Shown here piece by piece: positions 1 to 11,500 of a stretch of DNA of 64,000 nucleotides (the stretch's first letter is position 1; each line of letters starts with the position of its first letter). The stretch comes from the human T2T-CHM13v2.0 reference genome, Homo sapiens, in assembly GCF_009914755.1 (NCBI RefSeq), contig NC_060940.1; one strand, 5' to 3'. The notes beneath the pieces were generated by a model. The model did no database searches, was not told the origin of the DNA, and was given only the letters and a program-made list of their open reading frames with translations. A program made the position numbers and the translations under genes.

Positions 1-70
1 TTTACACAGAGCAGATTTGAGACACTCTTTGGGTGGAATTTGTAAGTGGAGAATTCAGCCGCTTTGAGGT

Positions 71-87
71 CAACGGTAGAAAAGGAA
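71..87 (+). promoter_or_regulatory. A-type monomer box (degenerate pJalpha-like site), representative; recurs every ~340 bp
   Basis: CAACGGTAGAAAAGGAA lies 171 bp before the CENP-B box, at the homologous monomer position, and resembles the pJalpha motif CTAYGGTGRAAAAGGAA. It is more degenerate (CAAAAGCAGAAAAGGAA, CAAAGGCAGAAAAGGAA) in the last two dimers. Binding is not shown. Confidence 0.6.
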
Positions 88-241
88 ATATCTTCGTATA
101 AAATCTAGACAGAATGATTCTCAGAAACTGTTTTTTGATGTGTGCGTTCAACTCACAGAGTTTAACCTTTCTTTTCAGAGAGCAGTTAGGAAACACTCTG
201 TTTGTAAAGTCTGCAAGTGGATATTCAGACCTCTTTGAGGC

Positions 242-258
242 CTTCGTTGGAAACGGGA
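242..258 (+). promoter_or_regulatory. CENP-B box 1 of the HOR (canonical)
   Basis: Exact CTTCGTTGGAAACGGGA, matching core NTTCGNNNNANNCGGGN. Five boxes per HOR, about 188 box positions in the window. Confidence 0.97.
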
Positions 259-581
259 TTTCTTCATATTATGCTAGACAGATGAATTCTCAGTAACTTC
301 CTTGTGTTGTGTGTATTCAACTCACAGAGTTGAACGATCCTTTACACAGAGCAGATTTGAAACACTGTTTTTCTGGAATTTGCAAGTGGAGATTTCAGCC
401 GCTTTGAGGTCAATGGTAGAAAAGGAAATATCTTCGTATAAAAACTAGACAGAATGATTCTCAGAAACTCCTTTGTGATGTGTGCGTTCAACTCACAGAG
501 TTTAACCTTTCTTTTCACAGAGCAGTTAGGAAACACTCTGTTTGTGAAGCCTGCCAGTGGATAATCGGACCTCTTTGAGGC

Positions 582-598
582 ATTCGTTGGAAACGGGA
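582..598 (+). promoter_or_regulatory. CENP-B box 2 of the HOR (position-1 C>A in this copy, core intact)
   Basis: ATTCGTTGGAAACGGGA, 340 bp after box 1. Confidence 0.93.
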
Positions 599-921
599 TT
601 TCTTCATATTATGCTAGACAGAAGATTTCTCAGTAACTTCTTTGTGTTGTGTGTATGCAACTTACAGAGTTCAACCTTCCTTTAGAGAGAGCATATTTGA
701 AACACTCTTTTTGTGGAATTTGCAAGTGGAGATTTCAAGCGCTTCGATGCAAATGGTAGAAAAGGAAATATCTTCGTATAAAAACAAGACAAACTCGTTC
801 CCAGACACTGCGTAGTGATGTGTGTGTTTAACTCACAGAGTTTAACCTTTCTTTTCATACAGCATTCTGGAAACCCTGTGTTTGTAAAGTCTGCAAGTGG
901 ATATTTGGACCTTTTAGATGC

Positions 922-938
922 CTTCGTTGGAAACGGGA
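922..938 (+). promoter_or_regulatory. CENP-B box 3 of the HOR
   Basis: CTTCGTTGGAAACGGGA. Confidence 0.96.
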
Positions 939-1259
939 TTTCTTCATATAATGCTAGAGGGAAGAATTCTTAGTAACTTCTTTGTGTTGTGTGTATTCAA
1001 CTGACAGAGTTGAACCTTCCTTTAGACAGAGCAGATTTGAAAGTCTCTTTTTGTGGAATTTGCAAGTGGAGATTTCAAGCGCTTTGAGGCCAAAAGCAGA
1101 AAAGGAAATATTTTCCTATAAAAACTCGACAGAATCATTCTCAGAAACTGCTCTGTGATGTGTGCGTTCAACTCACAGAGTTTAACTTTTCTTTTCATTC
1201 AGCAGTTTGGAAACACTGTTTGGAAAGTCTGCACGTGGATATTTTGACCTCTTTGAGGC

Positions 1260-1276
1260 CTTCGTTGGAAACGGGT
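1260..1276 (+). promoter_or_regulatory. CENP-B box 4 of the HOR (runs into T7)
   Basis: CTTCGTTGGAAACGGGT, core intact. Confidence 0.95.
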
Positions 1277-1599
1277 TTTTTTCATGTAAGGCTAGACAGA
1301 AGAAATCTCAGTAACTTCCTTGTGTTGTGTGTATTCAACTGACAGAGTTGAACCTTCCTTTAGACAGAGCAGATTCGAAACACTCTTTTTCTGCAATTTG
1401 CAAGTGGAGACTTCAAGCGCTTTGAGACCAAAGGCAGAAAAGGAAATATCTTCGTATAAAAACCCGACAGAATCATTCTCAGAAACTGCTCTGTGATGTG
1501 TGCGTTCAACTCACAGAGTTTAACTTTTCTTTTCATTCAGCAGTTTGGAAACACTCTGTTTGTAAAGTCTGCAAGTGGATATCTTGGCCTCTTAGAGGC

Positions 1600-1616
1600 C
1601 TTCGTTGGAAACGGGT
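1600..1616 (+). promoter_or_regulatory. CENP-B box 5 of the HOR (runs into T6)
   Basis: CTTCGTTGGAAACGGGT, core intact. Confidence 0.95.
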
Positions 1617-1697
1617 TTTTTCATGTAAGGATAGACAGAGGAATTCCCAGTAACTTCCTTGTGTTGTGTGCATTCAACTCACAGAGTTGAATGATTC

Positions 1698-3396
1698 TTT
1701 ACACAGAGCAGATTTGAGACACTCTTTTGGTGGAATTTGTAAGTGGAGAATTCAGCCGCTTTGAGGTCAACGGTAGAAAAGGAAATATCTTCGTATAAAA
1801 ACTAGACAGAATGATTCTCAGAAACTGTTTTGTGATGTGTGCGTTCAACTCACAGAGTTTAACCTTTCTTTTCAGAGAGCAGTTAGGAAACACTCTGTTT
1901 GTAAAGTCTGCAAGTGGATATTCAGACCTCTTTGAGGCCTTCGTTGGAAACGGGATTTCTTCATATTATGCTAGACAGATGAATTCTCAGTAACTTCCTT
2001 GTGTTGTGTGTATTCAACTCACAGAGTTGAACGATCCTTTACACAGAGCAGATTTGAAACACTGTTTTTCTGGAATTTGCAAGTGGAGATTTCAGCCGCT
2101 TTGAGGTCAATGGTAGAAAAGGAAATATCTTCGTATAAAAACTAGACAGAATGATTCTCAGAAACTCCTTTGTGATGTGTGCGTTCAACTCACAGAGTTT
2201 AACCTTTCTTTTCACAGAGCAGTTAGGAAACACTCTGTTTGTGAAGCCTGCCAGTGGATATTCGGACCTCTTTGAGGCCTTCGTTGGAAACGGGATTTCT
2301 TCATATTATGATAGACAGAAGATTTCTCAGTAACTTCTTTGTGTTGTGTGTATGCAACTCACAGAGTTCAACCTTCCTTTAGACAGAGCAGATTTGAAAC
2401 ACTCTTTTTGTGGAATTTGCAAGTGGAGATTTCAAGCGCTTCGATGCCAATGGTAGAAAAGGAAATATCTTCGTATAAAAACAAGACAAACTCGTTCCCA
2501 GACACTGCGTAGTGATGTGTGTGTTTAACTCACTGAGTTTAACCTTTCTTTTCATACAGCATTCTGGAAACCCTCTGTTTGTAAAGTCTGCAAGTGGATA
2601 TTTGGACCTCTTAGATGCCTTCGTTGGAAACGGGATTTCTTCGTATAATGCTAGAGGGAAGAATTCTTAGTAACTTCTTTGTGTTGTGTGTATTCAACTG
2701 ACAGAGTTGAACCTTCCTTTAGACAGAGCAGATTTGAAAGTCTCTTTTTGTGGAATTTGCAAGTGGAGATTTCAAGCGCTTTGAGGCCAAAAGCAGAAAA
2801 GGAAATATTTTCCTATAAAAACTCGACAGAATCTTTCTCAGAAACTGCTCTGGGATGTGTGCGTTCAACTCACAGAGTTTAACTTTTCTTTTCATTCAGC
2901 AGTTTGGAAACACTCTGTTTGGAAAGTCTGCACGTGGATATTTTGACCTCTTTGAGGCCTTCGTTGGAAACGGGTTTTTTTCATGTAAGGCTAGACAGAA
3001 GAAATCTCAGTAACTTCCTTGTGTTGTGTGTATTCAACTGACAGAGTTGAACCTTCCTTTAGACAGAGCAGATTCGAAACACTCTTTTTCTGCAATTTGC
3101 AAGTGGAGACTTCAAGCGCTTTGAGGCCAAAGGCAGAAAAGGAAATATCTTCGTATAAAAACCCGACAGAATCATTCTCAGAAACTGCTCTGTGATGTGT
3201 GCGTTCAACTCACAGAGTTTAACTTTTCTTTTCATTCAGCAGTTTGGAAACACTCTGTTTGTAAAGTCTGCAAGTGGATATCTTGGCCTCTTAGAGGCCT
3301 TCGTTGGAAACGGGTTTTTTCATGTAAGGATAGACAGAGGAATTCCCAGTAACTTCCTTGTGTTGTGTGCATTCAACTCACAGAGTTGAATGATTC
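1698..3396 (+). repeat. HOR copy 2, representative canonical 1699-bp 10-mer
   Basis: Spacing of 1699 bp to the next copy (ORF starts 1699 to 3398), with five CENP-B boxes. 28 of the 37 complete copies have this length. Confidence 0.95.
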
Positions 3397-5593
3397 TTTA
3401 CACAGAGCAGATTTGAGACACTCTTTTGGTGGAATTTGTAAGTGGAGAATTCAGCCGCTTTGAGGTCAACGGTAGAAAAGGAAATATCTTCGTATAAAAA
3501 CTAGACAGAATGATTCTCAGAAACTGTTTTGTGATGTGTGCGTTCAACTCACAGAGTTTAACCTTTCTTTTCAAAGAGCAGTTAGGAAACACTCTGTTTG
3601 TAAAGTCTGCAAGAGGATATTCAGACCTCTTTGAGGCCTTCGTTGGAAACGGGATTTCTTCATATTATGCTAGACAGATGAATTCTCAGTAACTTCCTTG
3701 TGTTGTGTGTATTCAACTCACAGAGTTGAACGATCCTTTACACAGAGCAGATTTGAAACACTGTTTTTCTGGAATTTGCAAGTGGAGATTTCAGCCGCTT
3801 TGAGGTCAATGGTAGAAAAGGAAATATCTTCGTATAAAAACTAGACAGAATGATTCTCAGAAACTCCTTTGTGATGTGTGCGTTCAACTCACAGAGTTTA
3901 ACCTTTCTTTTCACAGAGCAGTTAGGAAACACTCTGTTTGTGAAGCCTGCCAGTGGATATTCGGACCTCTTTGAGGCCTTCGTTGGAAACGGGATTTCTT
4001 CATATTATGATAGACAGAAGATTTCTCAGTAACTTCTTTGTGTTGTGTGTATGCAACTCACAGAGTTCAACCTTCCTTTAGACAGAGCAGATTTGAAACA
4101 CTCTTTTTGTGGAATTTGCAAGTGGAGATTTCAAGCGCTTCGATGCCAATGGTAGAAAAGGAAATATCTTCGTATAAAAACAAGACAAACTCGTTCCCAG
4201 ACACTGCGTAGTGATGTGTGTGTTTAACTCACTGAGTTTAACCTTTCTTTTCATACAGCATTCTGGAAACCCTCTGTTTGTAAAGTCTGCAAGTGGATAT
4301 TTGGACCTCTTAGATGCCTTCGTTGGAAACGGGATTTCTTCGTATAATGCTAGAGGGAAGAATTCTTAGTAACTTCTTTGTGTTGTGTGTATTCAACTGA
4401 CAGAGTTGAACCTTCCTTTAGACAGAGCAGATTTGAAAGTCTCTTTTTGTGGAATTTGCAAGTGGAGATTTCAAGCGCTTTGAGGCCAAAAGCAGAAAAG
4501 GAAATATTTTCCTATAAAAACTCGACAGAATCTTTCTCAGAAACTGCTCTGGGATGTGTGCGTTCAACTCACAGAGTTTAACTTTTCTTTTCATTCAGCA
4601 GTTTGGAAACACTCTGTTTGGAAAGTCTGCACGTGGATATTTTGACCTCTTTGAGGCCTTCGTTGGAAACGGGTTTTTTTCATGTAAGGCTAGACAGAAG
4701 AAATCTCAGTAACTTCCTTGTGTTGTGTGTATTCAACTGACAGAGTTGAACCTTCCTTTAGACAGAGCAGATTCGAAACACTCTTTTTCTGCAATTTGCA
4801 AGTGGAGACTTCAAGCGCTTTGAGGCCAAAGGCAGAAAAGGAAATATCTTCGTATAAAAACCCGACAGAATCATTCTCAGAAACTGCTCTGTGATGTGTG
4901 CGTTCAACTCACAGAGTTTAACTTTTCTTTTCATTCAGCAGTTTGGAAACACTCTGTTTGTAAAGTCTGCAAGTGGATATCTTGGCCTCTTAGAGGCCTT
5001 CGTTGGAAACGGGTTTTTTCATGTAAGGATAGACACAGGAATTCCCAGTAACTTCCTTGTGTTGTGTGCATTCAACTCACAGAGTTGAATGATTCTTTAC
5101 ACAGAGCAGATTTGAGACACTCTTTGGGTGGAATTTGTAAGTGGAGAATTCAGCCGCTTTGAGGTCAACGGTAGAAAAGGAAATATCTTCGTATAAAATC
5201 TAGACAGAATGATTCTCAGAAACTGTTTTTTGATGTGTGCGTTCAACTCACAGAGTTTAACCTTTCTTTTCAGAGAGCAGTTAGGAAACACTCTGTTTGT
5301 AAAGTCTGCAAGTGGATATTCAGACCTCTTTGAGGCCTTCGTTGGAAACGGGATTTCTTCATATTATGCTAGACAGATGAATTCTCAGTAACTTCCTTGT
5401 GTTGTGTGTATTCAACTCACAGAGTTGAACGATCCTTTACACAGAGCAGATTTGAAACACTGTTTTTCTGGAATTTGCAAGTGGAGATTTCAGCCGCTTT
5501 GAGGTCAATGGTAGAAAAGGAAATATCTTCGTATAAAAACTAGACAGAATGATTCTCAGAAACTCCTTTGTGATGTGTGCGTTCAACTCACAG

Positions 5594-8500
5594 GGTTTAA
5601 CCTTTCTTTTCACAGAGCAGTTAGGAAACACTCTGTTTGTGAAGCCTGCCAGTGGATATTCGGACCTCTTTGAGGCCTTCGTTGGAAACGGGATTTCTTC
5701 ATATTATGCTAGACAGAAGATTTCTCAGTAACTTCTTTGTGTTGTGTGTATGCAACTCACAGAGTTCAACCTTCCTTTAGACAGAGCAGATTTGAAACAC
5801 TCTTTTTGTGGAATTTGCAAGTGGAGATTTCAAGCGCTTCGATGCCAATGGTAGAAAAGGAAATATCTTCGTATAAAAACAAGACAAACTCGTTCCCAGA
5901 CACTGCGTAGTGATGTGTGTGTTTAACTCACAGAGTTTCACCTTTCTTTTCATACAGCATTCTGGAAACCCTCTGTTTGTAAAGTCTGCAAGTGGATATT
6001 TGGACCTCTTAGATGCCTTCGTTGCAAACGGGATTTCTTCATATAATGCTAGAGGGAAGAATTCTTAGTAACTTCTTTGTGTTGTGTGTATTCAACTGAC
6101 AGAGTTGAACCTTCCTTTAGACAGAGCAGATTTGAAAGTCTCTTTTTGTGGAATTTGCAAGTGGAGATTTCAAGCGCTTTGAGGCCAAAAGCAGAAAAGG
6201 AAATATTTTCCTATAAAAACTCGACAGAATCTTTCTCAGAAACTGCTCTGGGATGTGTGCGTTCAACTCACAGAGTTTAACTTTTCTTTTCATTCAGCAG
6301 TTTGGAAACACTCTGTTTGGAAAGTCTGCACTTGGATATTTTGACCTCTTTGAGGCCTTCGTTGGAAACGGGTTTTTTTCATGTAAGGCTAGACAGAAGA
6401 AATCTCAGTAACTTCCTTGTGTTGTGTGTATTCAACTGACAGAGTTGAACCTTCCTTTAGACAGAGCAGATTCGAAACACTCTTTTTCTGCAATTTGCAA
6501 GTGGAGACTTCAAGCGCTTTGAGGCCAAAGGCAGAAAAGGAAATATCTTCGTATAAAAACCCGACAGAATCATTCTCAGAAACTGCTCTGTGATGTGTGC
6601 GTTCAACTCACAGAGTTTAACTTTTCTTTTCATTCAGCAGTTTGGAAACACTCTGTTTGTAAAGTCTGCAAGTGGATATCTTGGCCTCTTAGAGGCCTTC
6701 GTTGGAAGCGGGTTTTTTCATGTAAGGATAGACAGAGGAATTCCCAGTAACTTCCTTGTGTTGTGTGCATTCAACTCACAGAGTTGAATGATTCTTTACA
6801 CAGAGCAGATTTGAGACACTCTTTTGGTGGAATTTGTAAGTGGAGAATTCAGCCGCTTTGAGGTCAACGGTAGAAAAGGAAATATCTTCGTATAAAAACT
6901 AGACAGAATGATTCTCAGAAACTGTTTTGTGATGTGTGCGTTCAACTCACAGAGTTTAACCTTTCTTTTCAAAGAGCAGTTAGGAAACACTCTGTTTGTA
7001 AAGTCTGCAAGTGGATATTCAGACCTCTTTGAGGCCTTCGTTGGAAACGGGATTTCTTCATATTATGCTAGACAGATGAATTCTCAGTAACTTCCTTGTG
7101 TTGTGTGTATTCAACTCACAGAGTTGAACGATCCTTTACACAGAGCAGATTTGAAACACTGTTTTTCTGGAATTTGCAAGTGGAGATTTCAGCCGCTTTG
7201 AGGTCAATGGTAGAAAAGGAAATATCTTCGTATAAAAACTAGACAGAATGATTCTCAGAAACTCCTTTGTGATGTGTGCGTTCAACTCACAGGGTTTAAC
7301 CTTTCTTTTCACAGAGCAGTTAGGAAACACTCTGTTTGTGAAGCCTGCCAGTGGATATTCGGACCTCTTTGAGGCCTTCGTTGGAAACGGGATTTCTTCA
7401 TATTATGCTAGACAGAAGATTTCTCAGTAACTTCTTTGTGTTGTGTGTATGCAACTCACAGAGTTCAACCTTCCTTTAGACAGAGCAGATTTGAAACACT
7501 CTTTTTGTGGAATTTGCAAGTGGAGATTTCAAGCGCTTCGATGCCAATGGTAGAAAAGGAAATATCTTCGTATAAAAACAAGACAAACTCGTTCCCAGAC
7601 ACTGCGTAGTGATGTGTGTGTTTAACTCACAGAGTTTCACCTTTCTTTTCATACAGCATTCTGGAAACCCTCTGTTTGTAAAGTCTGCAAGTGGATATTT
7701 GGACCTCTTAGATGCCTTCGTTGCAAACGGGATTTCTTCATATAATGCTAGAGGGAAGAATTCTTAGTAACTTCTTTGTGTTGTGTGTATTCAACTGACA
7801 GAGTTGAACCTTCCTTTAGACAGAGCAGATTTGAAAGTCTCTTTTTGTGGAATTTGCAAGTGGAGATTTCAAGCGCTTTGAGGCCAAAAGCAGAAAAGGA
7901 AATATTTTCCTATAAAAACTCGACAGAATCTTTCTCAGAAACTGCTCTGGGATGTGTGCGTTCAACTCACAGAGTTTAACTTTTCTTTTCATTCAGCAGT
8001 TTGGAAACACTCTGTTTGGAAAGTCTGCACGTGGATATTTTGACCTCTTTGAGGCCTTCGTTGGAAACGGGTTTTTTTCATGTAAGGCTAGACAGAAGAA
8101 ATCTCAGTAACTTCCTTGTGTTGTGTGTATTCAACTGACAGAGTTGAACCTTCCTTTAGACAGAGCAGATTCGAAACACTCTTTTTCTGCAATTTGCAAG
8201 TGGAGACTTCAAGCGCTTTGAGGCCAAAGGCAGAAAAGGAAATATCTTCGTATAAAAACCCGACAGAATCATTCTCAGAAACTGCTCTGTGATGTGTGCG
8301 TTCAACTCACAGAGTTTAACTTTTCTTTTCATTCAGCAGTTTGGAAACACTCTGTTTGTAAAGTCTGCAAGTGGATATCTTGGCCTCTTAGAGGCCTTCG
8401 TTGGAAACGGGTTTTTTCATGTAAGGTTAGACAGAGGAATTCCCAGTAACTTCCTTGTGTTGTGTGCATTCAACTCACAGAGTTGAATGATTCTTTACAC

Positions 8501-11500
8501 AGAGCAGTTTTGAGACACTCTTTTGGTGGAATTTGTAAGTGGAGAATTCAGCCGCTTTGAGGTCAACGGTAGAAAAGGAAATATCTTCGTATAAAAACTA
8601 GACAGAATGATTCTCAGAAACTGTTTTGTGATGTGTGCGTTCAACTCACAGAGTTTAACCTTTCTTTTCAAAGAGCAGTTAGGAAACACTCTGTTTGTAA
8701 AGTCTGCAAGTGGATATTCAGACCTCTTTGAGGCCTTCGTTGGAAACGGGATTTCTTCATATTATGCTAGACAGATGAATTCTCAGTAACTTCCTTGTGT
8801 TGTGTGTATTCAACTCACAGAGTTGAACGATCCTTTACACAGAGCAGATTTGAAACACTGTTTTTCTGGAATTTGCAAGTGGAGATTTCAGCCGCTTTGA
8901 GGTCAATGGTAGAAAAGGAAATATCTTCGTATAAAAACTAGACAGAATGATTCTCAGAAACTCCTTTGTGATGTGTGCGTTCAACTCACAGGGTTTAACC
9001 TTTCTTTTCACAGAGCAGTTAGGAAACACTCTGTTTGTGAAGCCTGCCAGTGGATATTCGGACCTCTTTGAGGCCTTCGTTGGAAACGGGATTTCTTCAT
9101 ATTATGCTAGACAGAAGATTTCTCAGTAACTTCTTTGTGTTGTGTGTATGCAACTCACAGAGTTCAACCTTCCTTTAGACAGAGCAGATTTGAAACACTC
9201 TTTTTGTGGAATTTGCAAGTGGAGATTTCAAGCGCTTCGATGCCAATGGTAGAAAAGGAAATATCTTCGTATAAAAACAAGACAAACTCGTTCCCAGACA
9301 CTGCGTAGTGATGTGTGTGTTTAACTCACAGAGTTTCACCTTTCTTTTCATACAGCATTCTGGAAACCCTCTGTTTGTAAAGTCTGCAAGTGGATATTTG
9401 GACCTCTTAGATGCCTTCGTTGCAAACGGGATTTCTTCATATAATGCTAGAGGGAAGAATTCTTAGTAACTTCTTTGTGTTGTGTGTATTCAACTGACAG
9501 AGTTGAACCTTCCTTTAGACAGAGCAGATTTGAAAGTCTCTTTTTGTGGAATTTGCAAGTGGAGATTTCAAGCGCTTTGAGGCCAAAAGCAGAAAAGGAA
9601 ATATTTTCCTATAAAAACTCGACAGAATCTTTCTCAGAAACTGCTCTGGGATGTGTGCGTTCAACTCACAGAGTTTAACTTTTCTTTTCATTCAGCAGTT
9701 TGGAAACACTCTGTTTGGAAAGTCTGCACGTGGATATTTTGACCTCTTTGAGGCCTTCGTTGGAAACGGGTTTTTTTCATGTAAGGCTAGACAGAAGAAA
9801 TCTCAGTAACTTCCTTGTGTTGTGTGTATTCAACTGACAGAGTTGAACCTTCCTTTAGACAGAGCAGATTCGAAACACTCTTTTTCTGCAATTTGCAAGT
9901 GGAGACTTCAAGCGCTTTGAGGCCAAAGGCAGAAAAGGAAATATCTTCGTATAAAAACCCGACAGAATCATTCTCAGAAACTGCTCTGTGATGTGTGCGT
10001 TCAACTCACAGAGTTTAACTTTTCTTTTCATTCAGCAGTTTGGAAACACTCTGTTTGTAAAGTCTGCAAGTGGATATCTTGGCCTCTTAGAGGCCTTCGT
10101 TGGAAACGGGTTTTTTCATGTAAGGTTAGACAGAGGAATTCCCAGTAACTTCCTTGTGTTGTGTGCATTCAACTCACAGAGTTGAATGATTCTTTACACA
10201 GAGCAGTTTTGAGACACTCTTTTGGTGGAATTTGTAAGTGGAGAATTCAGCCGCTTTGAGGTCAACGGTAGAAAAGGAAATATCTTCGTATAAAAACTAG
10301 ACAGAATGATTCTCAGAAACTGTTTTGTGATGTGTGCGTTCAACTCACAGAGTTTAACCTTTCTTTTCAAAGAGCAGTTAGGAAACACTCTGTTTGTAAA
10401 GTCTGCAAGTGGATATTCAGACCTCTTTGAGGCCTTCGTTGGAAACGGGATTTCTTCATATTATGCTAGACAGATGAATTCTCAGTAACTTCCTTGTGTT
10501 GTGTGTATTCAACTCACAGAGTTGAACGATCCTTTACACAGAGCAGATTTGAAACACTGTTTTTCTGGAATTTGCAAGTGGAGATTTCAGCCGCTTTGAG
10601 GTCAATGGTAGAAAAGGAAATATCTTCGTATAAAAACTAGACAGAATGATTCTCAGAAACTCCTTTGTGATGTGTGCGTTCAACTCACAGGGTTTAACCT
10701 TTCTTTTCACAGAGCAGTTAGGAAACACTCTGTTTGTGAAGCCTGCCAGTGGATATTCGGACCTCTTTGAGGCCTTCGTTGGAAACGGGATTTCTTCATA
10801 TTATGCTAGACAGAAGATTTCTCAGTAACTTCTTTGTGTTGTGTGTATGCAACTCACAGAGTTCAACCTTCCTTTAGACAGAGCAGATTTGAAACACTCT
10901 TTTTGTGGAATTTGCAAGTGGAGATTTCAAGCGCTTCGATGCCAATGGTAGAAAAGGAAATATCTTCGTATAAAAACAAGACAAACTCGTTCCCAGACAC
11001 TGCGTAGTGATGTGTGTGTTTAACTCACAGAGTTTCACCTTTCTTTTCATACAGCATTCTGGAAACCCTCTGTTTGTAAAGTCTGCAAGTGGATATTTGG
11101 ACCTCTTAGATGCCTTCGTTGCAAACGGGATTTCTTCATATAATGCTAGAGGGAAGAATTCTTAGTAACTTCTTTGTGTTGTGTGTATTCAACTGACAGA
11201 GTTGAACCTTCCTTTAGACAGAGCAGATTTGAAAGTCTCTTTTTGTGGAATTTGCAAGTGGAGATTTCAAGCGCTTTGAGGCCAAAAGCAGAAAAGGAAA
11301 TATTTTCCTATAAAAACTCGACAGAATCTTTCTCAGAAACTGCTCTGGGATGTGTGCGTTCAACTCACAGAGTTTAACTTTTCTTTTCATTCAGCAGTTT
11401 GGAAACACTCTGTTTGGAAAGTCTGCACGTGGATATTTTGACCTCTTTGAGGCCTTCGTTGGAAACGGGTTTTTTTCATGTAAGGCTAGACAGAAGAAAT

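Larger units (their letters stand above)
1..1697 (+). repeat. HOR copy 1 (1697-bp variant carrying a 2-bp deletion near 1216); phase set by the window start
   Basis: TTTACACAGAGCAGATTTGAGACACTC at 1 recurs at 1698. The copy contains five ~340-bp dimers. It reads GGAAACACTGTTTGG at ~1209-1223 instead of GGAAACACTCTGTTTGG. Confidence 0.95.

Noticed and set aside
96-104. TATA-like TATAAAA motif in every A-type monomer, or a centromeric ncRNA promoter
   Set aside because: It is part of the ordinary alphoid consensus. Alpha-satellite transcription is known in general, but no promoter or transcript can be supported from sequence alone.
1-680. Assignment to the chr1/5/19 array (D1Z7/D5Z2/D19Z3)
   Set aside because: Only the first two dimers resemble that dimer. 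The strict 10-mer with three other dimer types fits D16Z2 better, pending an HMM or BLAST check.
6697-6713. GGAAGCGGG, TTGCAAAC and ATTCG CENP-B box variants as loss-of-function
   Set aside because: The changes are at positions 12, 9 and 1, outside the core NTTCGNNNNANNCGGGN, so binding is expected to be retained.
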